Below are positions 15,470 through 23,796 of a stretch of 32,000 nucleotides of DNA, piece by piece. The position numbers and the translations under genes are program-made. The notes under the pieces were generated by a model. The model worked only from the letters and a program-made list of their open reading frames with translations. It had not been told where the DNA came from and made no database searches. Within the stretch, counting starts at the first letter, position 1. Every line of letters begins with the position of its first letter. The DNA comes from Mycolicibacterium smegmatis (GTDB lineage: Bacteria; Actinomycetota; Actinomycetes; Mycobacteriales; Mycobacteriaceae). The DNA is taken from positions 4,440,001-4,472,000 of the forward strand of contig NZ_LN831039.1 of assembly GCF_001457595.1 (NCBI RefSeq), in the 5' to 3' direction.

Positions 15470-16726
15470 TCAGTTGAACGACGAGTGCGGCGCGCCCATG
15501 CCCGGGTCGATCTTCACCGGCCCGGCTGCGGTGGGGGTCACCGGGAAGTCGAAGATCGCCGTCGGGATGTAGACCGTCGCGCACGCGTTCGGGATGTCCA
15601 CCACGCCCGAAAGCCTGCCCTCGATGGGAGCCGCGCCCAGCAACAGGTACGCCTGCTCGGGGCTGTACCCGAACTTGGTCAGGTAGTCGATGGCGTGCAG
15701 GCAGGCCCGCTGGTACGACAGGTGCGAGTCCAGGTAGCGCTGCTCGCCGTCGAGGGTCACCGAGGTGCCCGAGAACGCCAGCCACTCCGAGTACTGCGGA
15801 TCGGTGTTGCCCGGCATGAAGATCGCGTTCTCGCCGACGCCGTAGGTCTCCATGCCGCCGGGGATCACGTCGACACGCAGGTCGATGAAGCCGCCCATCT
15901 CGATGGCGCCGCAGAACGTGATCTCGCCGTCGCCCTGCGAGAAGTGCAGGTCACCGACCGACAGGTTCGCGCCGTCGACGAACACCGGATAGAACACCCG
16001 GCTGCCCTTGGTGAGGTTCTTGATGTCCTGGTTGCCGCCGTTCTCCCGCGGCGGTGCGGTGCGCGCGGCCTCGGCCGCGGCCTTGGTGAACGCGTCGCCG
16101 GTCAGCCCGCCGAGGATCGCGTCCTGCGGTTCGGGCGGCAGTGCCAGCGGCGGCACCCGCTCGGGGTCCGTGGCGATCAGCGCGGCCTCGCGGGCGTTCC
16201 ACTTGGCCAGCAGGCCCGCCGACGGCGCGGTGCCCATCAGACCCGGGTGCACGATGCCGGTGAACTCGACACCCGGGATGTGCCGCGACGTGGCCTTCTG
16301 ACCCGAGAAGTCCCAGATCGCCTTGTAGGCGTCGGGGAACTGTTCGGTGAGGAAACCGCCGCCGTTCTGCGTCGGGAAGATGCCCGTGTAACCCCAGCCC
16401 TGGCCCGCGAGCGGTCCGGAATCCTCCTGCGGGATCGGGCCGACGTCGAGGATGTCGACGATCAGCAGGTCGCCGGGCTTGGCGCCCTCGACCGCGATCG
16501 GGCCGGACAGCACGTGCACGGTGGTCAACGGCGCGTTGAGGATGTCGTCGGCGGAATCGTCGTTGTGAATCGCGCCGTCGAACCACTCGCGGCAGTGCAC
16601 GCGGAACGAGTCACCTTTCTTGACCGTCACGGCCGGCGGGATGTCGGGATGCCACCGGTTGTGGCCCAGTTTCTCCTGCTCGGTGAACTTCTTGGTGGAG
16701 TCCAGGGGAAATACGACGTCAGGCAT
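15470..16726 (-). CDS. fmdA: Formamidase (FmdA/AmdA acetamidase-formamidase family, long FmdA-like form)
   Basis: 418 aa. The N-terminal region (GHNRWHPDIPP...GDSFRVHCREWFDG...NDDSADD...VHVLSGPIAVEGAKPGDLLIVDILDVG) closely follows the FmdA formamidase pattern as I recall it. Strong SD AAGGAG lies 6 nt upstream. Confidence 0.9.
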   Translation of the reverse strand: MPDVVFPLDSTKKFTEQEKLGHNRWHPDIPPAVTVKKGDSFRVHCREWFDGAIHNDDSADDILNAPLTTVHVLSGPIAVEGAKPGDLLIVDILDVGPIPQEDSGPLAGQGWGYTGIFPTQNGGGFLTEQFPDAYKAIWDFSGQKATSRHIPGVEFTGIVHPGLMGTAPSAGLLAKWNAREAALIATDPERVPPLALPPEPQDAILGGLTGDAFTKAAAEAARTAPPRENGGNQDIKNLTKGSRVFYPVFVDGANLSVGDLHFSQGDGEITFCGAIEMGGFIDLRVDVIPGGMETYGVGENAIFMPGNTDPQYSEWLAFSGTSVTLDGEQRYLDSHLSYQRACLHAIDYLTKFGYSPEQAYLLLGAAPIEGRLSGVVDIPNACATVYIPTAIFDFPVTPTAAGPVKIDPGMGAPHSSFN

Positions 16727-16747
16727 GTGTTCTCCTTGTCGGGACTG

Positions 16748-17035
16748 CTAGGGGCGGGGCAGCTTCTGGTGAAGCGGGTTGGTGGTGACCTTCTGTTTCT
16801 GTCGCCGCGTCCCCGGCGAGGGAGACGAGACGACGGCCGGGCGGTCCGCGGTGGCTCGGGTGGCGTCCTGCAACGCCATGCCGACCCCACCGCGCCCGAT
16901 GTTGGGGGCCGAGATCAGTCGCCGCGCCGCACCGTTGCAGCTTGGGCACTCGATCACGTCGGGACGAGAACTCATCGAATACAGCTGCTTGGTGGTGCCG
17001 CAGCCGGACTCACACCGAAATACGTAGAGAACCAA
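16748..17035 (-). CDS. FmdB-family zinc-ribbon putative regulatory protein
   Basis: N-terminus LYVFRCESGCG...VIECPSCNG gives CxxC...CxxC in the FmdB arrangement. TTG start is preceded by GAGGAA at 5-nt spacing. The stop lies 21 nt upstream of the formamidase ATG. Confidence 0.7.
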   Translation of the reverse strand: MVLYVFRCESGCGTTKQLYSMSSRPDVIECPSCNGAARRLISAPNIGRGGVGMALQDATRATADRPAVVSSPSPGTRRQKQKVTTNPLHQKLPRP

Positions 17036-17180
17036 CAGGTTTCCTCGCTGTCCGATTGGGGTGAAGACACGGCCAACCTTACCGAGGAGTGCGGGTTCAG
17101 GCGCGGTAGTTGGATAACAAAACAGCCTCTACGGATCACGGTGTAGCGCCGCACAGGCTGTACACGGGGTGGCGGCGCGC

Positions 17181-18458
17181 TCAGCGCGACCGGCGCGTAC
17201 CGCTGGTCTGCCGAATCCCGTTGTGCCGCACCGCGTTGGGACCCGGACCGGGACCCGGGGTGGCCAGATCCCCTGCGACTCCGGCGGGTTTCGCGGCCTC
17301 GCCGCCTTGTTCGCGCATGCCCATGTTGCGCGCGGCCCACAGTGCGATGCGGAAGTTGACGCGGTCGGATTCGTCGAGCGGATTGGCGCCGGTGAGTTCG
17401 GCGATCTTTGCCAGCCGGTTCCGCAGCGTGTTGACATGCACGTAAAGCTGGGTCGCGGCGGCGTTGATGTCGTTGCGGGGCGCCAGGAACGCTTCCAGCG
17501 AGGACACCAGATAGGAGTTGTTGACCTTGTCGTGCTCGACCAGCGGCGCGATGAGGCGGTGTACGAACGGCACCAACCGCACCTTCGGGACGGCAGCCAG
17601 CAGACCGTCGAGGGTGGCGATCTCGTCGATGTGCACCGCGCGGCGCCACCGGGTGGCCTCGTGCAGGGCTTCGAGGGCCTCGGGGATGGCGTAGACCATC
17701 GCCGAGGCGTCGGGAGCGATCGCGACACCGCATGACAGCGGCGACGCGGCCAGCTCGGCGCGGAAGTTCTCGGTGTGCGCACACAGCGAGACGATGCGGT
17801 CGTCGTCGAGCAGCGCAACGGCGCCGCCGTGCTTGTCGACCAGGTCGTGGACGGCGGTGTGGGCGTCGGAGTTGAACGCGCACACCGCAACCGGTGCGCC
17901 GGCCAGTCCGCGTTCGGCCAGTGCGTTCTCCACCGGGCCGACGCCCAGGGTGCCCGCGACGAACCATCGCAGGATGGACCCGAGGTCACCCTCCCGCTTG
18001 CCGGCCTCGCGTTCGGCGGCGCGGTGGGCCTCGGCCCAGTCGACGATCCGCCGGAACGGGACGTCGGGCGGCAGGGTGAGCAGCGGGAGGTCGCGGTCCA
18101 GGCACGCCTGCACCAACGCGGCGGGCGGTTCGTCGAACAGGTCACCCAGACCCACCATCAGCGCGGTGACGCCGCGGTCGCTCAACGTCGCGACGTAGCG
18201 GCGGATGACGTCGTCGGGCTCCTGGGCCACGGGCACGCCGACGCTGAGGATCAACTCGCCGCCCGACAGGTACTGCGACGGATCGGCGAGTTCGGTCGGG
18301 TAGACATACCGGATCGGCCGGTCGCCATCACCGATCGGCGTGAGCGCCTCGACCTGCAGGCCGGACTGTGTCAGCAAAGCGTGCAGCCGGACGGTGCCGT
18401 CGTGGGGAGCAACGTCGATCCCCGCGGCGCCACCGTCGCTCGATGTCTCGCGCGACAT
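17181..18458 (-). CDS. PucR/CdaR-family transcriptional regulator
   Basis: C-terminal PucR-type HTH (LYVHVNTLRNRLAKIAELTGANPLDESDRVNFRIALW) and an N-terminal purine-catabolism-regulator-like domain. ATG 18458 is preferred over TTG 18461. Confidence 0.85.
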   Translation of the reverse strand: MSRETSSDGGAAGIDVAPHDGTVRLHALLTQSGLQVEALTPIGDGDRPIRYVYPTELADPSQYLSGGELILSVGVPVAQEPDDVIRRYVATLSDRGVTALMVGLGDLFDEPPAALVQACLDRDLPLLTLPPDVPFRRIVDWAEAHRAAEREAGKREGDLGSILRWFVAGTLGVGPVENALAERGLAGAPVAVCAFNSDAHTAVHDLVDKHGGAVALLDDDRIVSLCAHTENFRAELAASPLSCGVAIAPDASAMVYAIPEALEALHEATRWRRAVHIDEIATLDGLLAAVPKVRLVPFVHRLIAPLVEHDKVNNSYLVSSLEAFLAPRNDINAAATQLYVHVNTLRNRLAKIAELTGANPLDESDRVNFRIALWAARNMGMREQGGEAAKPAGVAGDLATPGPGPGPNAVRHNGIRQTSGTRRSR

Positions 18459-18518
18459 CAACGACTCGCGACCATAACTGCACTCATGGCTGCGTAGTCT
18501 AGGACCACACCCCGTTCG

Positions 18519-19466
18519 CTATAGATCGAGTGTTAATTTCGCGTTTCCTAGAGCCCGCGAGACGCAAATCATCATCGTCGTGTTGGCCTGTCGTTCCTCA
18601 TCGGTCAGCAAATCATCGCGGTGATCAACCTCACCTGCGAGCACCTTGGTCTCGCACGTGCCGCAGAACCCCGCGGTGCACGAGTAGGGCGTCTCGGGCG
18701 CGACCGCGAGCACGGCGTCGAGCACGCTCGTGTCCTCCGGCACGGTCACCGTCACCCCGGTGCGGGCGAGTTCCACGTCGAACGCGCTGTCGTCGGCGGC
18801 GCCCTCGGCGGCCTCGCGGGCGCCCGCGCTGAACCGCTCGGTGTGCAGGAACACGTCGGGGTGCTCGGCGGCCAGGGACTGCACCGCGTCGAGCATCGGC
18901 GCGGGCCCGCAGCAGTACACGCGGGTGCCTGGTGCGCTTGCGGCGAAGGCCGTGGCAAGGTCGGGGATGCCGTGGGTGTCCTGCGGGAGCACCTCGACCT
19001 CGCCGAACCCCGCGAGCCGGTCCAAGAACGCCATCGACGCCCGTGTGCGACCGCCGTAGACGAGCCGGAACGGCACCTCCTCACCCGCGGCGCGCAGCGA
19101 CTCCATCATCGCGAGGATCGGCGTGATGCCGATGCCGCCCGCGATGAACAGGTACCGAGGCGCCTCGACGAGCTCGAAGTTGTTCTTCGGCTCCCCCACT
19201 TCGAGGATCTGCCCGATGCGCAACTGCTCGTGGATCTCTCGCGATCCGCCGCGGCCGTCGGCGACCAGCAGGACCGCGACGGTGTAGGAGTACGGATCGT
19301 CGAGCGCACCGCACAGCGAGTACTGCCGCACCCGCCCCGACGGCAGCGTGATCGGCAGGTGCGCACCGGCTGCCCACGCGGGCAGCCGGTGGCCGTCAGG
19401 GTCACGCAGTGTCACCGAGATGACACCCGCGGCCTCCAGGCGCAGTTGTGTGACCTGGAGTTTCAT
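18519..19466 (-). CDS. PDR/VanB-type oxidoreductase (FMN + NAD(P)H + C-terminal plant-type 2Fe-2S)
   Basis: RQYSL flavin motif, GGIGITP NAD motif, C-terminal CTAGFCGTC...C cluster motif. Its ATG overlaps the Rieske gene stop (ATGA at 19463-19466). Confidence 0.9.
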   Translation of the reverse strand: MKLQVTQLRLEAAGVISVTLRDPDGHRLPAWAAGAHLPITLPSGRVRQYSLCGALDDPYSYTVAVLLVADGRGGSREIHEQLRIGQILEVGEPKNNFELVEAPRYLFIAGGIGITPILAMMESLRAAGEEVPFRLVYGGRTRASMAFLDRLAGFGEVEVLPQDTHGIPDLATAFAASAPGTRVYCCGPAPMLDAVQSLAAEHPDVFLHTERFSAGAREAAEGAADDSAFDVELARTGVTVTVPEDTSVLDAVLAVAPETPYSCTAGFCGTCETKVLAGEVDHRDDLLTDEERQANTTMMICVSRALGNAKLTLDL

Positions 19467-20557
19467 TGTGCCGGTGCGGCCGTCGCGGCCCGCGCATGAC
19501 CGTTGGTCTGCGCGTTCGCCGCATCGGCCTCGGTGTCGGTCCCGGCGTCGAGACCGCGTTCCTGCCGGATGGTCTGCACCGCGAACTGCGTGGCGCGCCG
19601 GTAGTTCAGCGTGTAGATGTCGGCGGGTGCCGACACCTCGAACGCCTGACCGGCCAGCGGAACCTCCTTGGGCTCAAGGCCTTCCAGGACCGGCGTGTCC
19701 TCGTTGAACACCTTGGTCTCGATCTCGAGGATCTCGTCGACGGTCCCGCCGCGGAAGTCCTTGTCGGTGGCGACGCCCCAGAAGATGATGCACTTGTCGT
19801 AGCTCACCGGCGACGGGAAGTCCACCAGGTAGCGCTTGCCGATCTCCGGGCCGAAGTCGTAGAGGATCGTCGCGATACCGGGCGCATACGAGTGGTAGTG
19901 CATCCAGGCGTCGCCGACGCCGGAGAAGTCCGACTCCTCGACCTGCGCGTAGAAGTAGGACGCCCACACCTCACGGCCCTCGCGCTTGACCTCGAGATCG
20001 GGGACGACGGGGTTGACGTCGCCCATCGACGGCTCGTGCACGAACGGGAAGTGCGCCATGTCGCGGAAGTTCTCGGTGGCCGCCATGAACCCGCAGTCGG
20101 CGTGGATCGGATCCGCCGGACGCCATTCCAGCTCCAGATCCGCGATCTCCGGCGGATTGGGCAGGTCGAACACCGGGTCGCCCAGGCAGGTCCACACGTG
20201 CTCGAACCGCTCGATGACGGGATAGGACTTGATGGCGGCCTTCGGCGGGATCCGTCCGCCTTCCTTGAGCGACGGGATGGCCGAGCACTGGCCGGTCTGC
20301 CCGTCGAACTGCCAGCCGTGGTACGGGCAGGCGATGGAGTCGCCGACCACCTTGCCGTCGGCGAGGTTGGCGCCGCGGTGGATACAGCGCCGGTCGGTGA
20401 CGCGGGCCGCGCCGGTGGAGTCGCGGAACACCACCAGGTTGTGGTCGAGCAGCGTCGCCGACTGCGGAGTGTCGATGTCACACGAGCGTGCGACGACGAA
20501 CCACACGTGCTGGTAGGCCTCGCGCAGTTTCTCGGGGGTCAATACGTCCTGCTTCAT
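19463..20557 (-). CDS. Rieske 2Fe-2S non-haem iron oxygenase, catalytic subunit (VanA/PaO-like, no beta subunit)
   Basis: Rieske motif CIHRG...CPYHGWQF and mononuclear iron motif ENFRDMAHFPFVH. SD AGGAGA follows the upstream stop, with a 12-nt gap between the genes. Confidence 0.9.
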   Translation of the reverse strand: MKQDVLTPEKLREAYQHVWFVVARSCDIDTPQSATLLDHNLVVFRDSTGAARVTDRRCIHRGANLADGKVVGDSIACPYHGWQFDGQTGQCSAIPSLKEGGRIPPKAAIKSYPVIERFEHVWTCLGDPVFDLPNPPEIADLELEWRPADPIHADCGFMAATENFRDMAHFPFVHEPSMGDVNPVVPDLEVKREGREVWASYFYAQVEESDFSGVGDAWMHYHSYAPGIATILYDFGPEIGKRYLVDFPSPVSYDKCIIFWGVATDKDFRGGTVDEILEIETKVFNEDTPVLEGLEPKEVPLAGQAFEVSAPADIYTLNYRRATQFAVQTIRQERGLDAGTDTEADAANAQTNGHARAATAAPAQ

Positions 20558-20569
20558 GGTGTCTCCTAA

Positions 20570-21463
20570 CTACTCCGCGACAGGGGTCAGTTCGGGCCGG
20601 GTCAACGTGCGCGGCGTGAGCTTTTGCGCGCGAACGTGTTCGGCGATCTGGGACATGCCCGCCACCCACACGTCGTCCATCGCGCACACCTCGGCGATGA
20701 ACTCGCGCAGCGCGGCCGCGCGGCCGGGCCGTCCGCTGAGGAACGGGTGGTTGGTGAGCACCCAGGCGCCGCCGATGTCGCGCATCGCGTTCAGTTCGGC
20801 CCGCCACAGTTCGATGGCCTTGGCCGGGGTCTCGATCAGGCCGGTGCCGGAGAAGTCCGGCACGAAGCAGTACTGCTGCCAGTCGTCCAGCGCCCAGCTG
20901 ACCGGCAACTCGACCAGCGATCCGTCCCCCACCGCGAGTTCGTAGGGGTGATCGGAGTCCATCAGCGTCGAGTCATAGAGGAATCCGAACTCGGCGAGCA
21001 GTTTCGGTGTGTGCCAGTTCATCTCCCACATCGGCGCGCGGTAGCCGACCGGGTGTACGCCAGCGACCTCCTCCAGCGCCTCGATGCCGCGGGTGAGGAT
21101 CTTGCGCTCGGTGTCCTCGTCGGCGCCCACGAGCGACTCGTGCAGGTACCCGTGGTGGGCGATCTCGTGCCCGGCACGCGCGATCGAGCGGATCGGCTCG
21201 GGGTGACGGTGCGCGGTGTAGCCAGGGACGAAAAATGTTCCGGGAACGTTGAACTCGTCGAGGATCCCGAGCAGCCTCGGCACACCCACCAGCGGGCCGT
21301 AGGCCTGGTGGCTCATGGTTCCCATCCGGTCGGCGAACGCCGGGTCGGTGGTCAGCAGCGGCGATTCGGCGTCCACGTCGAAGGTGAACGCGACGGCGCA
21401 GGTCTTGCCGTCCGGCCAGGAAACCGGGGCGGCGGGCGTCAATTCCGTCGTCGAGTCGGTCAT
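20570..21463 (-). CDS. Polysaccharide deacetylase (CE4) family hydrolase
   Basis: CE4 motifs FTFDVD, HHGYLHE and YRAPMWE. Its ATG overlaps the upstream stop by 1 nt (TGATG). Confidence 0.85.
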   Translation of the reverse strand: MTDSTTELTPAAPVSWPDGKTCAVAFTFDVDAESPLLTTDPAFADRMGTMSHQAYGPLVGVPRLLGILDEFNVPGTFFVPGYTAHRHPEPIRSIARAGHEIAHHGYLHESLVGADEDTERKILTRGIEALEEVAGVHPVGYRAPMWEMNWHTPKLLAEFGFLYDSTLMDSDHPYELAVGDGSLVELPVSWALDDWQQYCFVPDFSGTGLIETPAKAIELWRAELNAMRDIGGAWVLTNHPFLSGRPGRAAALREFIAEVCAMDDVWVAGMSQIAEHVRAQKLTPRTLTRPELTPVAE

Positions 21464-22422
21464 CAGCGGGCCTTCCTTCCGAACACACTCAACAGTTCCC
21501 AGGTCACGTTGGCCGCGGCCACGGCGGTGATCTCGGCGTGGTCGTAGGCCGGGGACACCTCGACGACGTCGGCGCCGATCAGGTTCACCTGATCGAGACC
21601 ACGTACCACTTCGAGCAGTTCGCGGCTCGACATGCCGCCGGCCTCAGGCGTTCCCGTGCCGGGGGCATGAGCGGGATCGAGGACGTCGATGTCCACCGAC
21701 ACGTACACCGGTGCGTCGCCCACACGTTCGCGGATGCGCTCGATCACGCCGTCGGAACCGAGCTTGGTGATGTCGCGGCAGGTGATCACCGAGAAACCGA
21801 ACTTGGCGTCCTCGACCAGATCCTGCTTGTCGTAGATGGACCCGCGCACGCCGACGTGCATGTTGGTCTCCTGCAGCAGGCCCTCCTCGAAGGCCCGGCG
21901 GAACGGCGAGCCGTGCGTGAGGTCGGCCCCGTAGTAGGAATCCCAGGTGTCGAGGTGGGCGTCGAAGTGCACCAATGCCACCGGGCCGTGCACGGCGTGG
22001 GCGGCACGCAGCGACGGCAGCGCCACCGAGTGGTCACCACCGAGGACCACCGCGCGGGTGCCCTCGGACAGCAGCGCGGTCAGTTCCGCGGTCACCTGGT
22101 CGACGGCCTGGGCGATGTCGAACGGGTTGCACGCGATGTCACCGGCATCGGCGAACTGGCACACCTGGAACGGGGCGATGTCGAGTTCGGGGTTGTAGCC
22201 GCGGACCAGCCGCGACGCCTGACGAATCGCGTTGGGGCCGAACCGCGCACCGGGCCGGTAGGTGACGGCGCTGTCGAACGGCACGCCCACCACCGCCACG
22301 TCGGCGTGGGAGACATCCTCCAGCCGGGGCAGACGGGCGTAGGTCGTCCAGCCGGCGTACCGCGGCTGCACCTGCGGATCCACCGGCACCACGATCGCGT
22401 CGCGGCTCTTGTCGTTGGTCAT
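21463..22422 (-). CDS. Agmatinase/guanidinobutyrase-type ureohydrolase (arginase family)
   Basis: 319 aa with the full Mn-ligand set: GGDHS, HFDAHLDTWD, SVDIDVLDP, GTGTPEAGG. Size and layout resemble guanidino-acid hydrolases. Confidence 0.9.
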   Translation of the reverse strand: MTNDKSRDAIVVPVDPQVQPRYAGWTTYARLPRLEDVSHADVAVVGVPFDSAVTYRPGARFGPNAIRQASRLVRGYNPELDIAPFQVCQFADAGDIACNPFDIAQAVDQVTAELTALLSEGTRAVVLGGDHSVALPSLRAAHAVHGPVALVHFDAHLDTWDSYYGADLTHGSPFRRAFEEGLLQETNMHVGVRGSIYDKQDLVEDAKFGFSVITCRDITKLGSDGVIERIRERVGDAPVYVSVDIDVLDPAHAPGTGTPEAGGMSSRELLEVVRGLDQVNLIGADVVEVSPAYDHAEITAVAAANVTWELLSVFGRKAR

Positions 22423-22433
22423 GAATGCCTTTC

Positions 22434-23087
22434 CTAGACGCGGTTACGGGACTGACCACCGTCGGCGTTGACGATCTGTCCCACAGCTGCTTTCAGTTCC
22501 GGTCGGCTCAACAGCCCGATGACGCCTGCGACCTGGTCGACGCTGCCGATCCGGTCCAGCGGCGGTGTGGCGCCCTCGAGGTCGCACACCGACCACTCCG
22601 AGTCGACGTTCCCGATCGCGACAGCGTTGACGCCGATGCCGAACGCGCCGAAGTCGCGGGTCAGGGTCTTGGTGAGCGCGACGATGCCGCCTGCCGCGGT
22701 CGCCACCGCCGACAGTTTCGCCCCGCCGACGTGCCACCGCGAGGTGGTGAGCACGATGCGCCCGCCGGTTCCGTTGTCCCGCATGTGTTCTGCGGCGGCC
22801 TGCGCGTAGAGGAAGCTTCCGGTGAGGGTGGTGTCGACGTGCTTCCAGAACTCGGCCATCGACTGCTCGGTGAACGCCGCGACGTGCGGCAGCCCGTGTG
22901 CGACCACCAGGACGTCGATGCCGCCCATGCGCTCGACGGCCCGGCGTACCGCGTCGCGCACCGCGGCGCGGTCGGCGTGGTCGGTGTCGGCCGGCGGCGC
23001 GGCGGTGACCGCGCCGCGTGCGGTGAAGTGATCGTTGACGGCCACACCGAGTTTGGTGTCGGCGCCGGTGATGAGTACGCGTGTCAT
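22434..23087 (-). CDS. SDR-like protein lacking the catalytic Tyr and Lys (probable non-catalytic partner subunit)
   Basis: Rossmann-like N-terminus VLITGADTKLG. When aligned on the shared VNAVA(P/I)G segment, YAAAK of the neighbouring SDR corresponds to VATAA here. The start lies 1 nt after the upstream stop (TGAcATG). Confidence 0.75.
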   Translation of the reverse strand: MTRVLITGADTKLGVAVNDHFTARGAVTAAPPADTDHADRAAVRDAVRRAVERMGGIDVLVVAHGLPHVAAFTEQSMAEFWKHVDTTLTGSFLYAQAAAEHMRDNGTGGRIVLTTSRWHVGGAKLSAVATAAGGIVALTKTLTRDFGAFGIGVNAVAIGNVDSEWSVCDLEGATPPLDRIGSVDQVAGVIGLLSRPELKAAVGQIVNADGGQSRNRV

Positions 23088-23088
23088 G

Positions 23089-23796
23089 TCAGATCACCGT
23101 TCCGCTGTTGACCGACAACACTTCTCCGCACAGGTTCATGTCCTCCTCCAGCAGCGCCCGGACCATCTCGGCCACCTCGGTGGGCAGCGCGATGCGTCCG
23201 GCCGGCAGTGTCTGCACGAACTCCTCGGCCCGCTCCCATGAGTCCGGGGGCAGCAGTGGGGTGTCGCAGGGCCCCGGTGCGACGGCGTTGACGATGATCC
23301 CGTCGGGGGCCACCTCGACGGCGATGCTGCGCAGCAGGCTCAGCGCGGCCGCCTTGGCGGCCGCGTAGTGCGCGTCGTTGCTGCCGCCGCCGATGGCGCG
23401 CTCGGAGGCGATGCCGACGATGCGGCCCCGGCCCTGTTCACGCATGTCGGGCAGAACCGCCCGGCACACGTGGGCCAGGCCGCCGACGTGCACGCGCAGC
23501 ATCCGCTCCCACGACGGTTGGTCGATGTCGAGGGCGGGCGTCTCCTGATAATGCCCGGCGCAGACCACCGCGGCGTCGATGCGGCCGAGCGTGTCGCGCA
23601 CGGTGGCCACCGCGTCGGTGACCTCCCGCTCGTCGGCGACGTCGGCGATCAGCCACAGGTCGTTGTCCGGTGCGGGTTCCCGCGAGATGGACGCCACGGC
23701 CCATCCCCGCTCGCGCAGCAGCGCGGCGATGGCGGCGCCGATGCCGCTGCCTGCACCCGTGATGACGACGACAGGCTTGTCGGTGAGGGTGCTCAT
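23089..23796 (-). CDS. SDR-family oxidoreductase (canonical)
   Basis: TGAGSGIG, catalytic S...YAAAK, and VNAVAPGP. Its ATG overlaps the permease stop (ATGA at 23793-23796). Confidence 0.85.
   Translation of the reverse strand: MSTLTDKPVVVITGAGSGIGAAIAALLRERGWAVASISREPAPDNDLWLIADVADEREVTDAVATVRDTLGRIDAAVVCAGHYQETPALDIDQPSWERMLRVHVGGLAHVCRAVLPDMREQGRGRIVGIASERAIGGGSNDAHYAAAKAAALSLLRSIAVEVAPDGIIVNAVAPGPCDTPLLPPDSWERAEEFVQTLPAGRIALPTEVAEMVRALLEEDMNLCGEVLSVNSGTVI

Noticed and set aside
15485-17146. 553-aa plus-strand ORF opposite formamidase/fmdB, and similar cases (23802-25298 opposite the permease, 2159-3472 opposite the SBP, 20624-21547, 21538-22437, 31016-31984)
   Set aside because: Each overlaps a same-locus ORF on the other strand that has strong family-level sequence signatures and sensible SD and coupling signals. 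The rejected frames are low-complexity Arg/His/Gly-rich translations.
17036-17180. GlnR-type nitrogen box upstream of fmdB-formamidase (and in 25272-25400 upstream of the permease)
   Set aside because: AAC-containing half-site candidates (CCAAC ... CTGAAC) have the wrong spacing for the GTnAC-N6-GnAAC-type motif as I remember it. No convincing match was seen by eye.
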